Source: Candidatus Latescibacterota bacterium
GTDB taxonomy: Bacteria; Latescibacterota; UBA2968; GCA-2709665
Assembly: GCA_965222075.1 (NCBI GenBank)
Contig: OZ244937.1
Coordinates: 512,001 to 576,000, forward strand
Reading direction: 5' to 3'
DNA length: 64,000 nucleotides
The translations under genes and the position numbers were made by a program. Of this stretch, positions 21,346 to 31,294 are shown piece after piece (positions within the stretch are counted from its first letter, which is position 1; each line of letters starts with the position of its first letter). The notes beneath the pieces are model-generated. The model searched no databases, was not told the DNA's origin, and saw nothing but the letters and a program-made list of their open reading frames with translations.

Positions 21346-22545
21346 ATGTCAACCCTACGTCTTGCCGTAGTCGGCGTGGGCGCCTACGCGTCTTCGCGGG
21401 CGCGGGGGTACCTGACGACCATTGTGAAGCTGACCGATCTGTACACGCTGTGCGCGATTTGCGATCATAGTGAGGCGTCGCTGCAGGCCGCGGGCGATCT
21501 CTTGGGAGTGAAGGCGCGATATACCGATTTTGAGGTGATGCTTTGGGAGGAGAAGCCGGACGTGGTTTTTGTCCTGGTGCCCACCGACGGGCAGACCGTT
21601 CTGGCGCTTACGGCAGTGAGCCACGGGTGTCATATTATTACCGAAATCCCGTATGCGCTCACGCTCTCCCTGGGGGATGCGATCACAGAGGCGTGCCGGG
21701 AGAAGGGCGTGGTGTGGGAGGTGGCCGAGAATGTGTGGCAGTGGCCTCAGGAAGGGTTGAAGCAGAAGATCGTCCGGGAAGGGCTGCTGGGGAAGATCAC
21801 CCATGCGCGGCTGTGGTACGCGGCCGGGAGTTATCACGGGATCAACGGCATCCGGATGATATTGGGCAGGGAAGCGCGGCGCGCAATGGGGTATGCCCAG
21901 GCCGTTGATGTGCCGCCCTACGAGAATTACGGCGACCAGCCCGAGACGACCCGGTGGTGGGAGAGCGGCACGATTGAGTTTGAAGGGGATGTGACGTGTC
22001 TCTACGAGATGCCGCCAAGCCCGGGCGCGCGGAGCAGCCACTGGGAGGTCGAGGGTATGGAGGGGTATCTCTCGGACAGCGAGCTGGTGCTTTACCAGGA
22101 TGGGAAAAGGGCGTCGTATCCGTTCCGGGACATTTACGAGGAGATCGACGGCGAGCGGGTGCTTGCGGCGGTGCAGGTGGATACGGACCCGCCCGTGGTA
22201 TGGGAGAATCCGTTCAAGCAGCAGAAGGTTTCCGAAAAGGACGATGTGGCGAAGGCAGCCATTTTGAACAGTTTGCACCGGGCGGTCACAGCGGGCGTCG
22301 AGCCCGAGTACGGCGCAGCAAACGCGCGGCGAGATATGGAGCTGTGGATTGCGATGCGTGAGAGTGGAGAGCGCGGCAGCGTGTGGCTGGATCTGCCGCT
22401 TGGTGAGACGACGGCGTTGGAACGCCGCATTCGCGCCGAATACGTGCATCGGTACGGGGGCGACCCGGTAGCGGACCGGGCAGCGTTGCTGGACGCGCCG
22501 TTCAACCGGTTGAGTGTGATGTGGACGATCGCCGGGTGGTTGTAA
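21346..22545 (+). CDS. Gfo/Idh/MocA family oxidoreductase
   Basis: LAVVGVG Rossmann start, ITEIP (EKP-like), VAEN. Confidence 0.8.
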   Translation: MSTLRLAVVGVGAYASSRARGYLTTIVKLTDLYTLCAICDHSEASLQAAGDLLGVKARYTDFEVMLWEEKPDVVFVLVPTDGQTVLALTAVSHGCHIITEIPYALTLSLGDAITEACREKGVVWEVAENVWQWPQEGLKQKIVREGLLGKITHARLWYAAGSYHGINGIRMILGREARRAMGYAQAVDVPPYENYGDQPETTRWWESGTIEFEGDVTCLYEMPPSPGARSSHWEVEGMEGYLSDSELVLYQDGKRASYPFRDIYEEIDGERVLAAVQVDTDPPVVWENPFKQQKVSEKDDVAKAAILNSLHRAVTAGVEPEYGAANARRDMELWIAMRESGERGSVWLDLPLGETTALERRIRAEYVHRYGGDPVADRAALLDAPFNRLSVMWTIAGWL

Positions 22546-22577
22546 AGACGATCCGAACAGGAGGAAGAAAACCGGCC

Positions 22578-22667
22578 ATGGAGGGAAATCTGTTTTCCGG
22601 CAAGGTGGCGCTGGTGACGGGGGCCAGCAGCGGGTGCGGAGACGTGAAAAGAAAACCGGGAAAATAG
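22578..22667 (+). pseudogene. SDR oxidoreductase N-terminal remnant
   Basis: MEGNLFSGKVALVTGASSG, then an abrupt stop after 29 aa. Confidence 0.6.
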
Positions 22668-22730
22668 AACACTTGACACAGATGGAAACGTGATATATTT
22701 TTAATCATGTCTAAGCACAGAGAACAGGAA

Positions 22731-22805
22731 GGCGGCGTAGCCAAGTGGTAAGGCAGGGGCCTGCAAAGCCCTCATTCGGCGGTTCGAGTCCGCCCGCCGC
22801 CTCCA
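22731..22805 (+). tRNA. tRNA-Cys(GCA)
   Basis: GGCGGCG/CGCCGCC acceptor stem, anticodon loop CTGCAAA, GGTTCGAGTCC, encoded CCA; TTGACA at 22673 upstream. Confidence 0.96.
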
Positions 22806-22825
22806 TTTTTTTACGGATTTTTAAT

Positions 22826-22912
22826 GCCGGGGTGATGGAATAGGTAGACATCGAGGACTTAAAATCCTCTGGGTTTCGGCCCGTACCGGTTCGAGTCCGG
22901 TCCCCGGCACCA
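22826..22912 (+). tRNA. tRNA-Leu(TAA)
   Basis: GCCGGGG/CCCCGGC acceptor stem, loop CTTAAAA, long variable arm, GGTTCGAGTCC, CCA. Confidence 0.96.
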
Positions 22913-22940
22913 GGCTTTCGGAGAATCTGACGTATATACT

Positions 22941-22975
22941 GCTGCCCCTCCGGCGCTCCGGGTCGGAGGGGCAGC
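22941..22975 (+). terminator. GC-rich hairpin after the tRNA pair
   Basis: GCTGCCCCTCCG...CGGAGGGGCAGC; weak T tail. Confidence 0.5.
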
Positions 22976-22999
22976 GAGATTATCTTTTAAGAAAGGGAG

Positions 23000-24277
23000 A
23001 TGAACAAGATGTCAACCAACGAAAGAGTCGGCGCCAATGTGACCAAGAGCACTTACATAAAAAGCGATGGACTTCATGCGTTTTACGCAGGGGGGCAAAC
23101 CTACGCGGGTGTGACAGGCGAAAGGATCTTTGAAACCGTTACTTCCGAAGTCCTTCACTGGGTCACCCATGAAAATGGGAACACAACCCTTGATGCCTGT
23201 TACGACGGAACGTGGTTGAGGGTTTCCGAAGACAACGGATCACACTGGACTGATTGCGGGGACAGGGTTCGTTTTGACACCGAAAGCACCGAAGAACAGA
23301 TGATGCCGTCCGGTTTCAGTCTGGATGAGAAAAACGATATCCTGTTGCGTTTTTTCCGGGGGCAGAAGGCCGACAGGAATTGCTACGGTTACATCAATCA
23401 GGGAACGTACCGGGGGTTCTACAGCATATCGAGGGACCAGGGCGAGACATGGAGCGACCCGGTGCAGATTGTAGATAGGGGTAAGGGTTATGATGCTGTT
23501 TCCTGGGGTCCGGGTTTTGAATATGGAGCGCGTGGCGGCATCCTTAACGGCGACCATTGTGTCTGGATGGAAGACGGGTCTGTGGTGGCGCCTTTTACAG
23601 AGTATGAAAGATTGGATGGGTCCAAACCCTGGTTCTTCCGGGTCATTTGCGCCAGGGGATATTGGAAGGAGGATATGAGCGGCCTGGACTGGGTGTTTGG
23701 AAGTGTAATTGAGGTTGGCCTGGACAAAGCCACTTCAGGGTGCTGTGAGCCCACGATCACCGTACTGGGTGGCAACAGGTTGTTCCTCACCACACGGTGT
23801 CAGGGCGGTGAGAAGGAGGGTCTTTATTCCACCCGGTATTCCGCTGTTTCGGAGGATGGGGGGATGACCTGGACCGCGCCCGAGCCGATGCTGTATGACG
23901 ATGGGACCACCGTCTGGACCCCGGCCTCCGTTTCAGCATTTTATGAATCGTCAAAAACAGGCAAAACGTATTGGATCGCCAATATTCTGGATGGACCTGT
24001 TTTCGGGCAGACGCCTCGATATCCATTGAAGATAGCTGAATTTGACCCGGGCAACATCTGTATTGTGAAAAACTCGGTTCGGCTGATCCAGGATAGGCCG
24101 GACGATGCGCATGAATTGGTGAGATATACCAACTTCGGAAGTTACGAGGACAGAAGCACAGGCAACCTCATGATCACGCTCCCCGAACAGTACCGGCGCA
24201 TGGGCTGGGATGACATGGAGCAACCGGAAGACTTTGCGGCAGATTGTGTTAAATACACAGTAGAGATTGAGGGGTAG
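23000..24277 (+). CDS. BNR/Asp-box (sialidase-like) beta-propeller protein
   Basis: Asp-boxes SEDNGSHW, SRDQGETW, SEDGGMTW. Confidence 0.8.
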   Translation: MNKMSTNERVGANVTKSTYIKSDGLHAFYAGGQTYAGVTGERIFETVTSEVLHWVTHENGNTTLDACYDGTWLRVSEDNGSHWTDCGDRVRFDTESTEEQMMPSGFSLDEKNDILLRFFRGQKADRNCYGYINQGTYRGFYSISRDQGETWSDPVQIVDRGKGYDAVSWGPGFEYGARGGILNGDHCVWMEDGSVVAPFTEYERLDGSKPWFFRVICARGYWKEDMSGLDWVFGSVIEVGLDKATSGCCEPTITVLGGNRLFLTTRCQGGEKEGLYSTRYSAVSEDGGMTWTAPEPMLYDDGTTVWTPASVSAFYESSKTGKTYWIANILDGPVFGQTPRYPLKIAEFDPGNICIVKNSVRLIQDRPDDAHELVRYTNFGSYEDRSTGNLMITLPEQYRRMGWDDMEQPEDFAADCVKYTVEIEG

Positions 24278-24318
24278 GGTGAATCTCTCTGCCTTTTTCC
24301 CGCGAGGGAGGGACTTGG

Positions 24319-25392
24319 GTGAAGTATGCTGAGCTGGACACGCCGGCATTGCTGCTGGATCAGGATGTGCTTGAGGCAAATATCGCAGCGATGGCCGACT
24401 TTTTTCGTGGTCGGGCGACGAACCTCCGGGCACACGTGAAGACCCACAAGTGTCCGGCGATCGCCTTAGCTCAGATTGATGCGGGCGCGGTTGGTGTGTG
24501 CTGCCAGAAGCTGGGCGAAGCGGAAGTGATGTGCGCGGCCGGTATTGGGGACATTCTCGTTACGAACCAGGTCGTTGGCACGCGCAAGATCGAGCGCCTG
24601 CTCAGGTTGCCCCGGGAGGCTGATGTAAAGGTGGCCGTCGACTCGGCCGAGAACGTCGAGAGCCTCGGATCAGCGGGAGAGCAGGCCGGACGTGAGATCC
24701 CGGTCGTCATCGAGCTTGACCTGGGAATGGGGCGATCGGGGGTAAGGCCGGGACAGCCGGCGGTGGAACTGGCGCGGGTCGTCGAGGGCACTGACGGAGT
24801 GACGCTGGCCGGCTTGATGGGGTTTGAAGGACACTGTGTGGACGTCCCGGACCCGACGCAGCGCCGGATGGAGACGGAGCGCGCCAACGCTTTGCTGGTG
24901 GATACGGCCGATCTGGTGCGCCAGGCAGGGGTCGGTGTGCGGATCGTAAGCGCCGGAGGCACCGGTACCTACAACATGACCGGCTCCCGCTCCGGAATCA
25001 CCGAGGTCGAGGCAGGCTCATATGTTTTTATGGATACCTCCTACCGGGACGTGCTCCAGGACTTTGATGTCGCCCTGACCGTCCTGGGGACCGTAACCAG
25101 CAGACCGGCTGCCAACCGGGTCACGCTTGACTGTGGTTCGAAAACCCTTGCCGGCGACTTCGGTACGCCTGCGATCATGGATCTTCCCGGACGCATGGAT
25201 TGCCAGCTATCCGAGGAGCACGCGTCTTTCACCTATCTGGAGCCGTTGAGCGGGGTCCGGGTCGGAGACAAGCTGCGCGTGATTCCGGCGCACTGTTGCA
25301 GTACGGTCAACCTCCACGACGAGTACAATGTACTGAGCGGTGAGGACGTCGTGGGGGCGTGGCGCATCAGCGCGGCGCGAAAGACCCAATAG
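24319..25392 (+). CDS. DSD1/D-threonine aldolase family PLP enzyme
   Basis: DTPALLLD, RAHVKTHK, GGTGT, GSYVFMD, SEEH, HCCSTVN. Confidence 0.92.
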   Translation: MKYAELDTPALLLDQDVLEANIAAMADFFRGRATNLRAHVKTHKCPAIALAQIDAGAVGVCCQKLGEAEVMCAAGIGDILVTNQVVGTRKIERLLRLPREADVKVAVDSAENVESLGSAGEQAGREIPVVIELDLGMGRSGVRPGQPAVELARVVEGTDGVTLAGLMGFEGHCVDVPDPTQRRMETERANALLVDTADLVRQAGVGVRIVSAGGTGTYNMTGSRSGITEVEAGSYVFMDTSYRDVLQDFDVALTVLGTVTSRPAANRVTLDCGSKTLAGDFGTPAIMDLPGRMDCQLSEEHASFTYLEPLSGVRVGDKLRVIPAHCCSTVNLHDEYNVLSGEDVVGAWRISAARKTQ

Positions 25393-25643
25393 GCCACCGG
25401 GAGGCCTGCCTGCTGCAGGCTTTTATGGGGGATCACAAAGTTGTAGAGGCTGACGATCAACCAGATTCGTCCCCGATGGCGAGAGGCAGACCAGGACAGA
25501 CAGCGACTACGGCGCCGCGGGGGCTGCTTTTCCGCGAACTGCCCCTGTGGTGGTATCAGGCGGTTGTGCCCAGCGGACGTTTTGGGCGTTTTTGGGCGGA
25601 GGTGCTGGGGGGATCTGCGCGGAAAAGCCCCTTCCCCCCGCAC

Positions 25644-25712
25644 CATTTGCGTGGGCACCCCTCGTGGTTGTCCACGCCGTTGCATTTGTAGGGGCAACCC
25701 TCGTGGTTGCCC
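25644..25712 (+). repeat. Tandem GTAG-type REP-like palindromes
   Basis: catttGTAGGGGCAACC-CTCGT-GGTTGCCC plus a degenerate upstream copy catttgcgtgggcacccctcgtggttgtcc. Confidence 0.6.
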
Positions 25713-25837
25713 ACCAGGCGAGGGCTGATGCGGTGGGGGGGCGTCAGCCCGCAGGCGCGCCGGTGGGGGGATCGCAGAGACGAGACGCGTGAGCGGGCGT
25801 GTACGGTTACAGCACAAGTCTGTCAGCGCAGCTATTT

Positions 25838-26113
25838 TCATCTAATGGGTGCCCCGAAGGGCGCATGACAACTTCTTGAGAAATCGTCTCGGACCGCCAA
25901 AGACCACGCGGGTGGTGACCACCTGCGCATAAAACAGGTGGTCAAGTCCACCTGAATGCGGAGTTGCTTTGCTTTGGCGTCTAACCTTGCTGCTGTCCTG
26001 CTTGGGACCACGTAGAACTCGAGAAATGCGACGGAGGAAATGAGAACCAGCAGGCTCAAGATGGTCAGCTTGGGCAGCCATCGGTGCAACGTGGCTTTCA
26101 GGCGTTCATTCAT
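25838..26113 (-). CDS. Small putative membrane protein (possibly a fragment)
   Basis: GGGAG RBS, MNERLK..., one hydrophobic helix (LTILSLLVLISSVAFLEFYVV). Confidence 0.4.
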   Translation of the reverse strand: MNERLKATLHRWLPKLTILSLLVLISSVAFLEFYVVPSRTAARLDAKAKQLRIQVDLTTCFMRRWSPPAWSLAVRDDFSRSCHAPFGAPIR

Positions 26114-26178
26114 GGAGTCGCTCCCTTCTTTCGTGGTCGGGCGGCGAACCTCCGGGCACACGTGAAGACCCACAAGTA

Positions 26179-28455
26179 CTACCCCGTCGCGTCCTGCGCC
26201 TGCAGCAACTCCGCCACTTCCGCATGCCCCATCTTCTCCGCCCAGGCCAATGGAGTCGCCCATGGCTTGTCGTCCGGGAGGCTGGTCGCCGCCCCGCGCT
26301 CCAGCAAAAACGCCACCACCTTCCCGTGCCCGTACCGCGCGTGCAGGCCCAGGGGCGTCGCCTTCATCTCATCGTCTCTGGCATTGATATCTGCCCCGTT
26401 GTTCAGAAGCACGCTGGTGAGCGCGATCATCGCCTCCTCGCTGTTGTTCCACCGGCCGTTCCGCCACCCGCATCCCTGGGTCCGGTGCAGAAGCGTCTCA
26501 TTCTCCTTATCCCTCAGGTTTGGATTCACCCCGTGGTCGAGCACCATCTGCAGAATCTGGAGTTTGCCCTCCCGGTTTTCGTCACCGAACCGGAGCGCCT
26601 CCCACATCACTTCGAACCACTCCCGGTCCTCCATCTCCGGCTTCTTCTCCAAACACATCTGCACAAGGCTCGTATCGCCAAAATACATTCCCCAGCGCAG
26701 CACCTGCTTCAATATGTCTCCGTGCCCCTCTTTCAGCTTCTCGGCTGGCGAAGGGGCCGCGGCCTGGTGGTCCAGGAGTTCGCCGATCACCAGGTAATTC
26801 CGATGCTTCACATAGGTGAAAATCAGCGGTCGTCCGCCGTTGATAAAGATGCGGTTCGCCAACGCCTCATCTCCGCATTCGTACGCCGCGTCCGCCACCG
26901 CTGGACAGGCGTAAACCGGCGGCGTATCCGCCCGCGCGCCCCGGTCCAGCAGCAGGTGGGCAATATCAAAATGTCTCTTGTGAATCGCAAAAAGCAGCGG
27001 TACGCCGGCCTCTCTATATCCATCAGGTTTATCACCCGTCATATTCTCCGCATCCGGATCGGCACCATAATCCAGCAGCAGTCGAACGACCTCCAGATGG
27101 CCCTGGTGCGCAGCAAGCGAAAGAGGAAACACCTTCCCGCCCGGATTGACCGACTTGACCCCATTGTGGAAATTGGCCAGGCCGGCATCCCCCTCCAGCA
27201 TCTCCCGTACTCCATCTTCATCGCCCAGCGCGCTTGCAACCCAGATATCGTAGTCCGCGCCCATCCCCAGGAGCAAACCGGCCATTGCGTGATCGGACTC
27301 CTTCAGAAAGGGTGGAGCCCCACCCATGCCTTTGAAAAGGGCCAGGTGGATCGGCCGTTCTCCGTCCACATTCCGCCGGTCCACCTCCGCGCCGTTCTCC
27401 AAGAGCAAGTTCGCCATCTGCAAACGGCGCCCTATCACAGCGTGGTGCAGAGCGGTGTTTCCCTGTTCGTCAGTCTCGTGAATAGTCGAAGGGTCGTCCT
27501 CTAAAATCTCCCGGACCCTGTCCGTATCTCCCCTGTTCGCCGCCCCGCACAACTCCTCGCCGCGGGAAGTTGTCCCCCGGTTCTTGCTCAGCCATTCCTC
27601 GATAGCCTCCACAACCCTCGAATGCTCCCGGTCCCGCGCAAGCGTCAGCGGGCTGGTCGCCTCCCGGTTTGGATACACCCCCTGGAGGGGGTTCGCACCT
27701 GCCTCCAGGAGAATGCGTACCACCTCTGCGTGCCCTTCGCGAGCCGCATAATGGATCGGCTTCCGCTTGTGATCCGGATGGGCCGCAGAAGCCAGTTCCG
27801 GCTCCAACTCCAGAATCTGCACCACACGCCCCAGGTCTCCGGCCTGCGCCGCATTGCACATTCCCACCGCCGTCACAAATCCATTGACCCGCGATGGCGC
27901 TGCATCGTGAAGCCTCTTCTTCGCCATATCCAGCATCCTTATTTTGAGCCGCTTTCGAGCCGCCCGCAGCCGGTTGTTCACCGTTGTCGTCGGCAGGTTC
28001 AGGAACGCGGCAATCTCTTTGTGTGAGTATCCGCCGATGTAGAACAGCGTGGTCACCACCCGCTCCTCTCCCGGTAGCGCATCCAGCGCCCGGAGCACCC
28101 GGTCCTTCACCTCCCTGTCCTCCATCGCCTCTATCGGGTCCTGCGCTTCCACAGCCACCTCCCCCACCGCATCCATCGGAACCGTCTCAACACCGCGGCC
28201 ACGGGTAAACCGCGTGCACCGCATAAACACGATCCGACGGAACCAGCAGGGGAAGGCTTCGGGATTTCGTAGTTTCGGCAGGTCCAGGTACGCGCCTAAA
28301 AACGCCTCCTGCGCCGCGTCCTCCGCTAAGTGAAAATCTCCCACCAGGGAATAGGCGTAACCTACCGCCATATCCTGGAACCGCCGAACAATCGAATTGT
28401 AAGCGTTCAGGTCCCCGGCTTGCGCCCGGGTAACCAGTCCATTCAATGCATCCAT
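26179..28455 (-). CDS. ECF-type sigma-70 factor fused to ankyrin repeats
   Basis: Sigma region 2 (AEDAAQEAF...W) and region 4 (YSHKEIA...VNNRL) followed by many ankyrin repeats (TALHHAV, TPLGLHARYGH). Confidence 0.9.
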   Translation of the reverse strand: MDALNGLVTRAQAGDLNAYNSIVRRFQDMAVGYAYSLVGDFHLAEDAAQEAFLGAYLDLPKLRNPEAFPCWFRRIVFMRCTRFTRGRGVETVPMDAVGEVAVEAQDPIEAMEDREVKDRVLRALDALPGEERVVTTLFYIGGYSHKEIAAFLNLPTTTVNNRLRAARKRLKIRMLDMAKKRLHDAAPSRVNGFVTAVGMCNAAQAGDLGRVVQILELEPELASAAHPDHKRKPIHYAAREGHAEVVRILLEAGANPLQGVYPNREATSPLTLARDREHSRVVEAIEEWLSKNRGTTSRGEELCGAANRGDTDRVREILEDDPSTIHETDEQGNTALHHAVIGRRLQMANLLLENGAEVDRRNVDGERPIHLALFKGMGGAPPFLKESDHAMAGLLLGMGADYDIWVASALGDEDGVREMLEGDAGLANFHNGVKSVNPGGKVFPLSLAAHQGHLEVVRLLLDYGADPDAENMTGDKPDGYREAGVPLLFAIHKRHFDIAHLLLDRGARADTPPVYACPAVADAAYECGDEALANRIFINGGRPLIFTYVKHRNYLVIGELLDHQAAAPSPAEKLKEGHGDILKQVLRWGMYFGDTSLVQMCLEKKPEMEDREWFEVMWEALRFGDENREGKLQILQMVLDHGVNPNLRDKENETLLHRTQGCGWRNGRWNNSEEAMIALTSVLLNNGADINARDDEMKATPLGLHARYGHGKVVAFLLERGAATSLPDDKPWATPLAWAEKMGHAEVAELLQAQDATG

Positions 28456-28566
28456 CCCACGCTCTCATTCCTGTTCGTCCACAGAAGGCCTTCTATAAAT
28501 AAAGCACCGCCTCAGGGAGAAATTGGTAAAAAATTCACCGTACTACCGAATTTTGAGTCTGTAGAT

Positions 28567-28955
28567 CAGCAATTTCCGGTTAGGATTTTGCTGGAGTCGA
28601 AAAGCTGTTAAAATCTCCGTAAGATATTTCTAAACAAAATGTTAAGCATAAAAACTTGCTTCGATACGACCGATATCTACCTTGGATAACCCTGCCAAAC
28701 GGCGCTCTCGGAACCCATCGCCTTCGGGATGGTGTCCAGATTGCTCGACTCGACTGCTCTTTGATCAAAAAGACTGCGCCGAAAGGCCCAAATCGTCCAA
28801 AAGACCGTTGGAAAGGCCTCGTTTGTATCCGATTTTTCGCTCGGAATCCTCAAGTTAGGGTGGTATGGCAAGAAAGGCTTCTGAGTTAAATATTTGTTTC
28901 TAATTGCCTTATTAAACGTTCCTCTGGCAAGCAATTTTCTAACCGGAAATTACTG
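28567..28955. mobile_element. 389-bp MITE
   Basis: TIRs CAGCAATTTCCGGTTAG / CTAACCGGAAATTACTG (1 mismatch) flanked by the 8-bp direct repeat CTGTAGAT; AT-rich; no convincing ORF. Confidence 0.85.
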
Positions 28956-29065
28956 CTGTAGATAGACTATAAGGTACTTTTGGCGCCATTCCGAAGGACT
29001 GTTTCGGGTATTCGTGGTGGAGGTCGGCTGAACGCCGGATTGAGGACGTGACGCACTCCGGTTAA

Positions 29066-29310
29066 ATGGATACCCCTAATAACGATACTATCGCCCTGCT
29101 CGGCCTCGACGCCGAGGGAAGGCTCGTCGGCGGCTGTTCGACCAGTGGCTGGGGCTATAAGCTGCCGGGCCGCGTGGGCGACTCGCCGATCATCGGCAGT
29201 GGGCTTTTCGTCGATGGGGGCGTGGGCGCGGCCAGCACCAACGAGGGATTCGAATACGCCGTCACCTATCCCGTCTACAGCGGAGTGCTCACGGGCGTCG
29301 GGCTAAGCGC
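29066..29310 (+). pseudogene. Asparaginase-2 (glycosylasparaginase/isoaspartyl peptidase) beta-chain fragment
   Basis: DTIALL...STSG...PGRVGDSPIIGSG motif with no alpha chain. Confidence 0.75.
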
Positions 29311-29316
29311 GGGTGG

Positions 29317-30074
29317 TTACACGCAACCGGGAAATTCTTGTCCTCTCATCAGAGGATAGTCGGGCTTTTCTTCCGGGGAGCCTGTCCAGCGGGACCTGGC
29401 GCTCATGTAATGAGACGCGAGCCCACGCCGTCGGTTGGGTGAGTTGTTGGGGCCGGACCGATGCAGGATCAGGCTGTGGTGAAAAGAGACGCTGCCGGCC
29501 TGCATCGTAATGGGGACTTCCCTGTTGCGGTCGAAAGCGGAGTCGGGTACGCACATGTCCTTTCGATCGCCGACCATCCAGACCTGGCTGTGCTCGAGCG
29601 GTCCACCCTGTGGCTTCCCGGAATGACCCACATACAGCCGTTCTCCAGGGTAACATCGTCAATCGCGGCCCATGAGCTGACCAGAGCCATCGGTTCTATC
29701 AAAAAATACGGGGAATCCTGGTGGTACGTCTTTTCAATGCCTCCGGGAGGTTTCAAGAAAAACTGGTCTCCCATGAGTTTGATATCAGGCCCAAGCAGGC
29801 TCTCAACAACATCCAGGATACCGGGGTTGCGGGCATGGTCCAGGAAGACCTGATCGTATTGGGCGCAGTTGTTTAACTTGCGAACGTTGTCCATCTGCCG
29901 GGTTTGAGCTGCATTGGGTTCGAATTCCAGGTGTTCCTCGGGGAAATCGGTCCGTCCTTCCACAATATCGACAATCCGGCGGCGGATGGTTTCCAATTCA
30001 GGCTGTGATAGAAGGTCCTCCACGATCAGAAAACCATCCAGTTCGTATTGAGCCACCTGCTCTTCACCAGGCAT
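29317..30074 (-). CDS. Phytanoyl-CoA dioxygenase (PhyH) family protein with a -1 frameshift near 29607
   Basis: HQD...W.AIDD...ENGCM.VIPGSH in one frame; SFHHSLILHRSGPNNS..RR in the next. Confidence 0.8.
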
Positions 30075-30145
30075 TGCGTCTCCTCCTTTCCCATCGTAGA
30101 AACATCCGGGTAAACCCACGGTCGTTCGGCGTCTGTGGAGCCGCC

Positions 30146-31270
30146 TCAGTGGGCTTCGTCCAGAAGACGACAGCGCAGGTCGTGGGGAATCGAGGCGGCG
30201 TGGATCTCCGGCCGGCCGGTGCGACAGGAGTTGAAGACCACCCATCGGGCGTCGGGCGAGAGATAGGCATGAGCGTGGGCGCTCTGGCCATATTGGGCCA
30301 TGATCTCCCGGGTCTGCGGTCCGCACGGGCAGATGACGGCGCGGCGGCCGGTTGCGATAGCGCCGACAACGATCTCACCGGCCCGAATCCGGTCCGCACA
30401 GAACAGCTGACCGCATACCGATGCATGCACGTGAGCGAAGCCGTCGTCCTCACAGACCGGTCGCGCCGGTGCGCCAGCGCATACCGTCAGCAGATTCCCG
30501 GGCCGATACGGATCGCTGTTCACCGTTAGCAGCACCTCGTGCGTGTCCGCGATCCACTGTTGATGTCCGGTGCAGCTGGGGGTGTGCGGCGGGCCTACCT
30601 GCAAAGGCGCAATCGCCCCGTTGTGCGCGTCCACGGTGAACAGGGTACAGCCCTGCTCACCTAACCACGTTACCACGGTTCCGTCGGACTTGAACCGGCA
30701 GCCGCGATTCTGCTGCACCAGCACGCGGTGTGCGTCGCCCGGATCGATCTGCGTGTGGGGATTCGAGATGAAGGGGTCCTCGCAGATGATCCGCCGCTCG
30801 CCCGTCTCGAGGTCGACGAACTCGACGCCGAACATCTGCGGCTCGAAGCTCAGCGCGACGCCGTATGCCAGGTAGCGCTCGTCTGCGGATATGGTCATGC
30901 CGGTGTAGGGACGCACACCGCCGTTGACGGGGATCGCGCGGGACTGGCCGGTTGCCATGTCCACGCGCACGAGTTCGCGTTCTACGTCCGTGCCCGGGCG
31001 AGCAAAGTAGAGGCCGCCCCGAGGGCTGATTTCCGGGTAGGAGTGACCGATGCCCAGCACGCGCGTCTGCCAGGTGCCGAACTCGCACGCGATGTACTCA
31101 GCGGTGAAGTGCCACCCGGTCGGTCCCCTGGTCGAGACCTGTCGTTGAAACACGAACCAGCGCGCGTCGGGCGTGCAATAGCTGCGCTCACAGTAGATGT
31201 TGTCCTTCAGTTGTTCGTCGTCGGTCACCTGGTGCACGCTGCCGCCGTTGTCGAGACGCTCAATGTTCAC
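30146..31270 (-). CDS. Oligogalacturonate lyase/TolB-like beta-propeller protein
   Basis: NIYCERSYCTPD, HAHAYLSPDARWVVFNS..TG. Confidence 0.65.
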   Translation of the reverse strand: MNIERLDNGGSVHQVTDDEQLKDNIYCERSYCTPDARWFVFQRQVSTRGPTGWHFTAEYIACEFGTWQTRVLGIGHSYPEISPRGGLYFARPGTDVERELVRVDMATGQSRAIPVNGGVRPYTGMTISADERYLAYGVALSFEPQMFGVEFVDLETGERRIICEDPFISNPHTQIDPGDAHRVLVQQNRGCRFKSDGTVVTWLGEQGCTLFTVDAHNGAIAPLQVGPPHTPSCTGHQQWIADTHEVLLTVNSDPYRPGNLLTVCAGAPARPVCEDDGFAHVHASVCGQLFCADRIRAGEIVVGAIATGRRAVICPCGPQTREIMAQYGQSAHAHAYLSPDARWVVFNSCRTGRPEIHAASIPHDLRCRLLDEAH

Positions 31271-31294
31271 ATTGTCCTCCGTCTGTTCGGCCCC

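Noticed and set aside
25405-25419. cctgcctgctgcagg as another CCTG element
   Set aside because: Right inverted end is incomplete; could be chance in GC-rich DNA
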